A stretch of DNA of 64,000 bases from a bacterium (GTDB taxonomy: Bacteria; Electryoneota; Electryoneia; Electryoneales; Electryoneaceae), in assembly GCA_019912845.1 (NCBI GenBank), contig JAIOHU010000165.1, positions 14,039 to 78,038 on the forward strand. Reading direction: 5' to 3'. A program made the translations under genes and the position numbers. The notes under the pieces are model-generated. The model was not told the DNA's origin and did not search any database. It saw nothing but the letters and a program-made list of their open reading frames with translations. This document shows, in pieces, positions 17,816 to 25,209 of the stretch. Within the stretch, counting starts at the first letter, position 1. Every line of letters starts with the position of its first letter.

Positions 17816-18420
17816 GGAGCGCCACACTCCATTGTGGCATCACCACCTCTCGTCATGCCAGCATGGTTTTAGCTGGCATCCAGGAGATATATTCAAGCGA
17901 TTACTTCGATGCTTGGGTGGCCCGGGGATGAGAGGTGTTGTTATTGTGAGTGGCATTGAACTGCAGAATCAGGGAATAACCAAGACTTATACATCTACTA
18001 CTCATCCCCGGGTTTCAAAACTTACTATAGAATATGTCTCTTAGACCCGACGCAGAGCATCGGGCCATCTGAAAGGAGCGCCACACTCCATTGTGGCATC
18101 ACAACCCCGCGTCATGCCAGCATGGTGTTAGCTGGCATCCAGGAGATATATTCAAGCGATTACTTCGATGCTTGGGTGGCCCGGGGATGAGAGGTATTGT
18201 TTTGAAGAGTGGGATTTAAATTCAGAATTTAGGGAATAACCAAGACCTACAGATCTACTACTCATCCCCGGGTTTCAAATCCTATTATGGAATATGTCTC
18301 TTAGACCCGACGCAGAGCATCGGGCCATCTGTCTGGCCATCTGATTGGAGCGCCACACTCCAGTGTGGCATCACCACCTCGCGTCATGCCAGAATGGTGT
18401 TAGCTGGCATCCAGGAGGCG
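17816..18420 (+). repeat. Tandem array (2.3 copies) of a ~260-nt composite unit R5-R1-spacer-R7-R6
   Basis: GGAGCGCCACACTCC starts at 17816, 18075 and 18347, giving periods of 259 and 272 nt. The extra 12 nt is a GTCTGGCCATCT duplication. The third copy is truncated after R1. Confidence 0.9.
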
Positions 18421-18465
18421 CTTTCAAGCGATTAGTTTAGTGCCCCAAGCCTGAATATAATTCAA

Positions 18466-18522
18466 TTCCGCAACATCTACGGATGTTGCGGAACTCAGAA
18501 GGTTTCAATCCCCGTGCCACCC
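18466..18522 (+). repeat. R2 hairpin (12-bp stem, UACG loop) followed by the R3 word
   Basis: TTCCGCAACATC-TACG-GATGTTGCGGAA, then CTCAGAAG, then GTTTCAATCCCCGTGCCACCC. R3 also occurs at 20741-20761 and 29368-29388. Confidence 0.85.
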
Positions 18523-18604
18523 AGCCTGTTTTTTGCTTTTTCGATGTCACAGTAGTAAACTCTATTTGTTGAATCCCTATTCACCTGCACATTGAGGCTA
18601 TCAG

Positions 18605-18940
18605 GTGCACTCAACCAATCGTATCCTCACCCTTACGCTGCTTTTCTGCCTGGCACTCCTGCTGCCACTTTCACAGATCCATGCTCAGTGGAGCACAGAG
18701 GATGGCTCGGTGGTGGTGGATACCCATATCCTCCAATTTGATCTGCTGGAAGATGGTGAAGGAGGTGCCTGGATCGCATACAAACGTCTTATGCCGGGTC
18801 GTCTGGAAGTTGTACGTGTCAACCGTATAGATGCTGAAGGCAACCTCCTGTTTGGACCTGAGGGGATTCCGGTCATTCCAGATCGTGAGGATGGTACCAT
18901 GCCATATATACTGTCTTTTATGGAATCACTCCCACCCTGA
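18605..18940 (+). CDS. N-terminal fragment (signal peptide plus first repeat) of a frameshift-split T9SS cargo gene
   Basis: Signal peptide is LTLTLLFCLALLLPLSQIHAQ. The motif VVRVNRIDAEGNLLFG matches the repeat of 61025..64000. The frame ends at TGA 18938-18940, while the neighbouring frame is open from 18889. Confidence 0.6.
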   Translation: MHSTNRILTLTLLFCLALLLPLSQIHAQWSTEDGSVVVDTHILQFDLLEDGEGGAWIAYKRLMPGRLEVVRVNRIDAEGNLLFGPEGIPVIPDREDGTMPYILSFMESLPP

Positions 18941-18954
18941 ATTCGGATGTCCAT

Positions 18955-20316
18955 GTGACATTTGGTACAAACAGAATAGACTCCACCTGGTGGAATATCT
19001 ATGTACAGCGGATTTCGCTGGAGGGTGAACTGATCTATGGTCCGACCGCAAAGGTCGTTTCAGCCAGAGAGATACACCAACTCCCAGGTGATTACCCTCG
19101 AAATCCAGATGCAATTTCAGATGGTGCAGGTGGGTTGTATGCTTTGTATCATGAAACGGGACGATCAGATCGATGGTATATCGCTGGGATCAATGCGGAT
19201 GGCAGTCAGAAATTTGAACAAGATCCTGTTGTACGACGTGATAATGGTGGATTAAGCTCAAAACCGAGGAAGTTATTTCTGGGGCCTGATGGTGGTGTAG
19301 GAATTACCTATGAATACGATTTTGAAGGGGAAAGAGATATTCGTTATCAATATTTTCATCCTGATGGAGGCCGTGAATATACCTGGGATGGTCTTGCGGT
19401 TTTTTATCCAAGCGCAGCATATCATACCTCGGTGTTTCATTTAGCAGATGGCAAACGATTGTTTGTGTTTCACCATAGCACTGGTTTTAATGTACAAGTA
19501 TTAGAGACTGACCAAAGTTTTTTATATGATTTTTCGGGATTAAAATTTCGTGGTTATAGACCACCCAGCGCACCTTCCATATCCGCGATTTTTGACCAGC
19601 AAACCGAAGAGATCAATCTTGTTCAATGTCCCCGTGATAGTATTATCACCTTCAACAAGATTCGATTACAGGGAAATGAGATTGATACAACCCTGACCAC
19701 GTTAAGATTCCGAGAGCAGTTCAATATTACAGGCAGAGCTTCATTCATGTATGAATCGAACGAATTCTACTATTCTAGCACCAAAACGAGACTCAATACA
19801 AATAACTATGAATTAGTACAATTATGGAATAAGAAGGGTAATCCTGTTTGGGGAAGTAAATATTTAAGCCTACCCATCCAAAGTGCAGTGATAAAGTCAT
19901 CACCTGACGGTCAAGGTGGTTTATATCATGGGATTGTTGAAATATATAGTGATTTAACCCTTCCGGTAAAAATATTCCACATCCTACCAGAAGGTCGTGT
20001 TGATGGACGTGACAGTACCTCACTGATGGATCAATTCCCTCCGATACCAACTACACTGAAGATTACCTCAGTTTCGCCCAATCCAACAAATGGCGAATTC
20101 AGGGTATCCTTTGCAACTGACCATGAAGGAACTCACGATTTTAGAATCTATAACCTGAATGGACAGCTTGTTCAGGATATTTCAAGACACTGTCAGGCAG
20201 GCAACTACGATCAAAGCCTGAATCTACCTGCAAAGGTTTCCGCCGGGCTTTATTTTTTACGTATCTCGAACTCCAGGGAACAGTCAAAATACATGAAGAT
20301 AGTTTATTTGAAGTGA
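18955..20316 (+). CDS. C-terminal part of the same T9SS cargo gene (repeat region plus Por/T9SS C-terminal sorting domain)
   Basis: Contains NIYVQRISLEGELIYG-type repeats. The C-terminus is SVSPNPTNGEFRVSFATDHEGTHDFRIYNLNGQLVQDI...GLYFLRISNSREQSKYMKIVYLK. GTG is the first start codon in this frame. Confidence 0.75.
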   Translation: MTFGTNRIDSTWWNIYVQRISLEGELIYGPTAKVVSAREIHQLPGDYPRNPDAISDGAGGLYALYHETGRSDRWYIAGINADGSQKFEQDPVVRRDNGGLSSKPRKLFLGPDGGVGITYEYDFEGERDIRYQYFHPDGGREYTWDGLAVFYPSAAYHTSVFHLADGKRLFVFHHSTGFNVQVLETDQSFLYDFSGLKFRGYRPPSAPSISAIFDQQTEEINLVQCPRDSIITFNKIRLQGNEIDTTLTTLRFREQFNITGRASFMYESNEFYYSSTKTRLNTNNYELVQLWNKKGNPVWGSKYLSLPIQSAVIKSSPDGQGGLYHGIVEIYSDLTLPVKIFHILPEGRVDGRDSTSLMDQFPPIPTTLKITSVSPNPTNGEFRVSFATDHEGTHDFRIYNLNGQLVQDISRHCQAGNYDQSLNLPAKVSAGLYFLRISNSREQSKYMKIVYLK

Positions 20317-20324
20317 AAGGATAT

Positions 20325-20437
20325 TGGTCCTGGATTTATCCAGGGTCTACTAATTCCGGATAAACCTTTTAATGGTTTATCGAAGGTCAACTATTTTCTC
20401 ATGGATTTATTAGACTTGGGATAAATCCCAAGCCAAA
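20325..20437 (+). repeat. R4 bipartite repeat copy (second hairpin is the CTTGGGATAAATCCCAAG variant)
   Basis: TGGTCCTGGATTTATCCAGGGTCTACTAATTCCGG ... ATGGATTTATTAGACTTGGGATAAATCCCAAGCCAAA. It starts 9 nt after the stop at 20316. Confidence 0.85.
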
Positions 20438-20443
20438 CTGATA

Positions 20444-20645
20444 TGCCACACTGGAGTGTGCCATCACTACTTCGCGTCATGCCAGCATGGTGTTAGCTGG
20501 CATCCAGGAAATATTTTCGAGCGGATACTTCGATGCTTGGGTGGCCCGGGGATGAGAGAGAGATTGACTTGACGAGTGGAATTGAACTGCAGAATCAACG
20601 GAATAACCAAGACCTACACAGCTACTACTCATCCCCGGGTTTCAA
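20444..20645 (+). repeat. Dispersed fourth copy of the composite unit (R5-R1-spacer-R7), same orientation as the tandem array
   Basis: TGCCACACTGGAGTGTGCCATCAC, GCGTCATGCCAGCATGGTGTTAGCTGGCATCCAGGAA, ...CGATGCTTGGGTGGCCCGGGGATGAGAG ... CTACTCATCCCCGGGTTTCAA. Confidence 0.9.
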
Positions 20646-20740
20646 GGAATACTCAGATAGAGTTTCACGGTGATTGATTAATAAAATGATCTTTTTCATA
20701 TATACAGGTTCCTTGCTGAGTGTGAATTCGCTATAGATAA

Positions 20741-20879
20741 GTTTCAATCCCCGTGCCACCCATCTGACCGCAACATCTTCGGATGTTGCGGAACGGAAGT
20801 TGGGGGGGATGCGCATTTACTCCCCGGGTTCCGCTTCGCTGCACCACAGGGCTACCCAAATCTCACCACGCTGTGGTGA
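20741..20879 (+). repeat. Repeat mosaic R3 - R2 (UUCG loop) - R8 - R9
   Basis: GTTTCAATCCCCGTGCCACCC; CCGCAACATC-TTCG-GATGTTGCGG; CCCCGGGTTCCGCTTCGCTGCACCACAGGGCTACCC (its reverse complement recurs at 29497-29534); TCACCACGCTGTGGTGA. Confidence 0.85.
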
Positions 20880-20913
20880 ATTCCTCAAGACCAAACTTTA
20901 ATATAATATACAG

Positions 20914-21015
20914 ATGGATTTATTAAACTTGGGATAAATCCCAAGCCAAAAGCAAATGTCATACAGGAGTATGGCGCTCCAAAAAAGAAAGCGACAAGTC
21001 CAAAGCCACGAAAAA
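20914..21015. repeat. Repeat mosaic: R4 half copy, inverted R5, R4 half copy
   Basis: ATGGATTTATTAAACTTGGGATAAATCCCAAGCCAAAAG; ACAGGAGTATGGCGCTCCAAAAAA (reverse complement of the GGAGCGCCATACTCC word); GACAAGTCCAAAGCCACGAAAAA. Confidence 0.8.
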
Positions 21016-21415
21016 TAACCTCAGCCACCTTCATATCTGACGACATATTTCAAAGAAAATCAGACTGCTTTTCTATTGTCTACCTCGAGGTGGTGTTTAG
21101 GGGAGACAAACGATTCTGACAATTTAGCAGTACTTTGTGTTTTTCTTCACGAATTCATGGGCTAAGGATAAGCTGATAAATAAACAACAACTCCTTCAAC
21201 CTGTTAATAATCATAAAGATACAATTGTTTACTCCTTTATCCACAAATTACGGATGCTCCCTTGTGACAAAGTATCCTAACTCTAATTCAGACAACAAGT
21301 TAACCACTCCTAACTATTGCCATCCATTGCTTGAAACATGTGCGTTTGCGATATTCTAACCGTAGGAAAAGTAGATCGTGAACGAAAATACAATATCAGA
21401 CTTAGGGAGAACATC

Positions 21416-24400
21416 GTGGCTAGAAAAAAGGTGACCATTGACGGGAACGAAGCAGCCGCTTTTGTCGCGCACAAGGTCAATGAGGTGTGTGCCATTTACC
21501 CCATTACCCCCTCCTCGAATATGGGCGAATGGGCGGACGAGTGGTCTGCGAAAGGATTGAAAAATATCTGGGGAACAGTTCCGCAGGTTGTGGAAATGCA
21601 GAGTGAAGGTGGCGCATCGGCAGCAGTGCATGGCGCATTGCAGTCCGGCTCCCTGACAACCACTTTTACTGCATCGCAGGGATTGTTGTTGATGATCCCA
21701 ACAATGTTTAAAGTGGCGGGTGAATTGACCAGCACAGTCTTTCATGTTTCAGCTCGAACTGTAGCTACACACGCCCTCAGTATTTTCGGTGATCACAGCG
21801 ATATTAACGCTGTCCGTCCCACTGGCTGGGCAATGTTGGCCTCCAATAATGTTCAAGAGACGATGGATAACGCTCTAATCGCGCAACGAGCTACTCTCGC
21901 TTCAAGAATACCGTTTATTCATTTCTTCGATGGCTTCCGAACCTCGCACGAAGTACAGAAGATTGAAGAGCTGGAACTGGATGATATGAGTGCCATGATT
22001 GATGATGAACTGGTTCAAGCGCACAGGATGCGTGGAATGAATCCAGATCGTCCAGTATTGCGTGGTTCATCACAGAATCCTGATGTTTTCTTCCAGGCAC
22101 GTGAGACAGTCAACAAATATTATGAGAAGGTTCCTGAGTTGGTTCAGGAGGCGATGGACAAATTTGCAGCCGTGGTTGGACGTCAGTATCACCTCTTCGA
22201 TTACGTCGGCGCACTCGATGCGGATAGAGTGATTATCGTCATGGGTAGCGGTGCGGAAGCGGTTCATGAGACGGTTGAATATCTGAATAATCATGGCGAA
22301 AAAGTCGGCATGCTCAAAGTTCATCTCTATCGTCCCTTCTCAATCAAGCACTTTGTTCAGGCATTGCCAAAGAGTGTGAAGAAGATCGCTGTACTCGACC
22401 GCACAAAAGAACCCGGCGGTTCCGGTGAACCCATGTACCTTGACTGTGTGAATGCTATTGAAGAAGCCTACATGGATGATTTCGCCCACTTTGAGCAACG
22501 TCCACGTCTCGTAAGCGGCAGGTACGGCTTGAGTTCAAAGGAATTCACACCAGCAATGGTCAAAGGTGTTTACGACGAACTCAAGAAGGATAAACCGAAA
22601 CATCGTTTCAGTGTCGGTATCAATGATGACGTTTCTTTCCAGTCGATCGACTACGATGCAAGTTTCTCAACCGAAACCGATGACACCTTCCGTGGAATGT
22701 TCTACGGTCTTGGTTCTGATGGTACAGTTGGAGCGAACAAAAACTCCATCAAGATTATCGGTGAGGGTACTGATAATTACGCACAGGGTTACTTTGTCTA
22801 TGATTCAAAGAAAGCCGGTGCGATCACAACCAGTCACCTTCGTTTTGGCAAGAAACCGATTCGTTCAACTTACTTGATCAGTGAAGCGGATTTTGTAGCC
22901 TGTCACCAGACAACCTTCCTCGAGAAGTATGAAATGCTCGAGAAAGCAAAACCGGGCGCAGTTTTCCTGTTGAATACTCTGGCAAGCAAGGATGAGGCCT
23001 GGGGTACACTTCCGAAAAAGATGCAGCAGCAGATCATAGATAAGAAGATCAAGTTTTATGTCATTGATGCGTATCAGGTCGCCAAGGACACGGGAATGGG
23101 CGCCCGTATCAATACTATCATGCAGACCTGTTTCTTCGCGATCAGCGGAGTATTACCCAGTGATGAAGCAATCGCCGCGATTAAAGATGCCATCAAAAAG
23201 ACTTACGGCAAAAAAGGCGATATGATCGTCCAGATGAACTATAAAGCAGTAGATGAATCAGTTTCCAACCTCTTCAGAGTCGAAATTCCTGCTCAGGCTA
23301 GTAGTGATTGGGATCGTCCGCCATCAGTTCCTGCTGAAGCACCTGACTATGTCAAGGACGTTCTTGGACGCATTATCGCTGGTGAAGGCGATGAGTTGCC
23401 AGTTAGTGCTTTCCCAGTTGATGGAACTTTCGCCACCGGCACAACTCAGTGGGAAAAACGGAATATCGCCCTGGAAATCCCTGTCTGGGATGAAGAAATT
23501 TGTATCCAGTGTGGAAAATGTGTTCTGGTTTGCCCGCATGCCAGTATCCGTGCAAAAGTCGTTGCTCCGGGTACCTTGAAAGATGCTCCAGCATCCTTCA
23601 AGAGTTTTGACTATAAAGGAAAAGAGTACCCAGATAGTAAATATCTGCTTCAGGTTGCCCCTGAGGATTGTACTGGTTGTGAGCTTTGTGTTGAATACTG
23701 CCCGGTAACTTCAAAAGAAGACCCGAATCACAAAGCGATCAACATGCAACCGCAGCTTCCATTACGTGTGCAGGAGAGGGAAAATTACAAATTCTTCCTC
23801 GATCTGCCGGAAGTGGATCGTACTACAGTCAAGCAGAATACAGTCAAAGGCGTACAGTTCCTGCAACCCCTGTTTGAGTACTCCGGTGCCTGTGCAGGTT
23901 GTGGCGAAACCCCTTATGTCAAACTACTCAGCCAGTTGTTCGGTGACCGTGCAGTGATTGGAAACGCGACAGGTTGCTCTTCAATTTATGGCGGTAACCT
24001 TCCCACGACGCCGTGGACAACAAATGCTGAGGGACGCGGACCTGCATGGAACAATTCACTCTTCGAAGACGCTGCTGAGTTTAGTTTGGGCTTCCGTCTG
24101 ACCTTCGACAAACAGATGGATTACGCCATTGGACTGCTCAAAAAAATGGCTGGTGAACTTGGGGACAGCTTTGTAGAGGAGATCATCAATGCTGATCAGA
24201 CCACTGAAGTTGGTGTATTCGAGCAACGTGATCGTGTACATGTACTTGAAGAGAAACTCAAAGCGATGACTACTGCCGATGCTAAGAACCTGCTGAGTGT
24301 TTCAAGTGCACTGGTGAAGAAGAGTGTCTGGGGACTTGGTGGGGATGGCTGGGCTTATGATATCGGTTATGGTGGCCTTGACCATGTCCTCGCCACCGGC

Positions 24401-24985
24401 AAAAATATCAACCTCCTGGTTCTCGATACTGGTGTCTATTCCAACACTGGTGGTCAGTGTTCAAAAGCCACACCGCTTGGCGCGGTTGCGAAGTTTGCTG
24501 CGGGTGGTAAACTGGTTCCACGTAAAGATCTCGGTCTGCTGGCGATGTCGTACGGCACAGTTTATGTCGCTCAAATTGCCATGGGTGCCAATGATAATCA
24601 TACGGTTCGAGCGTTCCTTGAAGCTGAAGCATTTGACGGTCCATCCCTGATCATCGCATACAGCACCTGCATTGCACACGGTATTGATATGTCGAAAGGT
24701 ATGGATGCCCAGAAGATGGCAGTTACCAGCGGTACCTGGCCATTGTATCGTTATAATCCAGCATTACGTGCCAAAGGTAAGAATCCCATGAGCCTGGATT
24801 CGCGTGCACCGAAGATCAGTGTCGCTGAGTGGGCAAACAACGAGACACGTTTCCGTATGCTGCAGAAAATTAATCCAGAAACTGCCAAATTCCTGATGGG
24901 TAAAGCACAGGAAGAGGTTGATTTCCGCTGGAAACATTACGAACAGCTTGCGAAGATGGAATATAACGGCAACACAGAAAAATAG
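21416..24985 (+). CDS. nifJ: Pyruvate:ferredoxin (flavodoxin) oxidoreductase, single-polypeptide type
   Basis: ~1190 aa. It carries two ferredoxin-type clusters (CIQCGKCVLVCP and CTGCELCVEYCP) and the TPP-binding region GLGGDGWAYDIGYGGLDH. The GTG at 21416 has GGGAGA 5 nt upstream, and family N-termini begin near KVTIDGNEA. The ATG at 21338 lacks both supports. Confidence 0.95.
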   Translation: MARKKVTIDGNEAAAFVAHKVNEVCAIYPITPSSNMGEWADEWSAKGLKNIWGTVPQVVEMQSEGGASAAVHGALQSGSLTTTFTASQGLLLMIPTMFKVAGELTSTVFHVSARTVATHALSIFGDHSDINAVRPTGWAMLASNNVQETMDNALIAQRATLASRIPFIHFFDGFRTSHEVQKIEELELDDMSAMIDDELVQAHRMRGMNPDRPVLRGSSQNPDVFFQARETVNKYYEKVPELVQEAMDKFAAVVGRQYHLFDYVGALDADRVIIVMGSGAEAVHETVEYLNNHGEKVGMLKVHLYRPFSIKHFVQALPKSVKKIAVLDRTKEPGGSGEPMYLDCVNAIEEAYMDDFAHFEQRPRLVSGRYGLSSKEFTPAMVKGVYDELKKDKPKHRFSVGINDDVSFQSIDYDASFSTETDDTFRGMFYGLGSDGTVGANKNSIKIIGEGTDNYAQGYFVYDSKKAGAITTSHLRFGKKPIRSTYLISEADFVACHQTTFLEKYEMLEKAKPGAVFLLNTLASKDEAWGTLPKKMQQQIIDKKIKFYVIDAYQVAKDTGMGARINTIMQTCFFAISGVLPSDEAIAAIKDAIKKTYGKKGDMIVQMNYKAVDESVSNLFRVEIPAQASSDWDRPPSVPAEAPDYVKDVLGRIIAGEGDELPVSAFPVDGTFATGTTQWEKRNIALEIPVWDEEICIQCGKCVLVCPHASIRAKVVAPGTLKDAPASFKSFDYKGKEYPDSKYLLQVAPEDCTGCELCVEYCPVTSKEDPNHKAINMQPQLPLRVQERENYKFFLDLPEVDRTTVKQNTVKGVQFLQPLFEYSGACAGCGETPYVKLLSQLFGDRAVIGNATGCSSIYGGNLPTTPWTTNAEGRGPAWNNSLFEDAAEFSLGFRLTFDKQMDYAIGLLKKMAGELGDSFVEEIINADQTTEVGVFEQRDRVHVLEEKLKAMTTADAKNLLSVSSALVKKSVWGLGGDGWAYDIGYGGLDHVLATGKNINLLVLDTGVYSNTGGQCSKATPLGAVAKFAAGGKLVPRKDLGLLAMSYGTVYVAQIAMGANDNHTVRAFLEAEAFDGPSLIIAYSTCIAHGIDMSKGMDAQKMAVTSGTWPLYRYNPALRAKGKNPMSLDSRAPKISVAEWANNETRFRMLQKINPETAKFLMGKAQEEVDFRWKHYEQLAKMEYNGNTEK

Positions 24986-25012
24986 AGTTTCCATTTAGCA
25001 GTAAAATACGGC

Positions 25013-25047
25013 AAGCCCATTCGGAGAAATTCGGGTGGGCTTTATTG
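25013..25047 (+). terminator. Probable intrinsic terminator after nifJ
   Basis: AAGCCCATTCGG-AGAAA-TTCGGGTGGGCTTTATT. The stem needs G-U pairs and the U-tract is short. Confidence 0.55.
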
Positions 25048-25067
25048 TGGAGCATTATGAGTTGTGC

Positions 25068-25133
25068 TTTTGGAGCGCCATACTCCGGTAAGTATTCGTT
25101 TGGCTTGGGATTTATCCCAAGTTTAATAATTCC
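25068..25133. repeat. R5 word plus inverted R4 half copy
   Basis: TTTTGGAGCGCCATACTCCGGTAAGTAT, then TTTGGCTTGGGATTTATCCCAAGTTTAATAATTCC. Confidence 0.8.
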
Positions 25134-25209
25134 GTTTGCAGAACCAGAAAAATCAATCTGCGCAATATAGTCGTATTTAGTTAAACAGCACCTATTCGGT
25201 AACTCTTGT

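Noticed and set aside
17772-18044. ORFs in the supplied track that lie inside repeat mosaics: 17772..18044, 20625..20816, 4910..5200, the 232-366 part of 232..633, and 15726..15920.
   Set aside because: They are made of repeat words that are non-coding and occur in both orientations elsewhere. They are not preserved between tandem copies. They lack RBS-like sequences.
18502-18522. GTTTCAATCCCCGTGCCACCC looks like the 5' part of a CRISPR repeat and occurs three times (18502, 20741, 29368).
   Set aside because: The copies are 2.2 and 8.6 kb apart, are not separated by spacer-sized unique segments, and are embedded in different repeat mosaics. No cas genes are present. This is a dispersed repeat word, not an array.
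18502-18522. The reverse complement of the same word, GGGTGGCACGGGGATTGAAAC, resembles a sigma-54 promoter (TGGCAC-N5-TTGA).
   Set aside because: The -12 element has A instead of the conserved C. All three copies point at the 3' ends of + strand genes, where there is nothing to transcribe. The word is a variant of the R7 arm. The R4-derived TGGCATTGGACTTGT (4970-4987, minus strand) is rejected for the same reasons.
21338-21415. The ATG at 21338 as the start of the PFOR gene, as in the ORF track.
   Set aside because: The extra 26 aa (MCVCDILTVGKVDRERKYNIRLRENI) have no counterpart in the family as I know it. The GTG at 21416 has a GGGAGA RBS at proper spacing.
17743-21415. Possibility that the structured repeats are integron attC sites or that the region is a gene-cassette array.
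   Set aside because: There is no integrase. The repeat ends do not fit the RYYYAAC / GTTRRRY cores; GTTAGCT in the R1 loop is the closest match. Flanking genes are housekeeping genes of mixed orientation.
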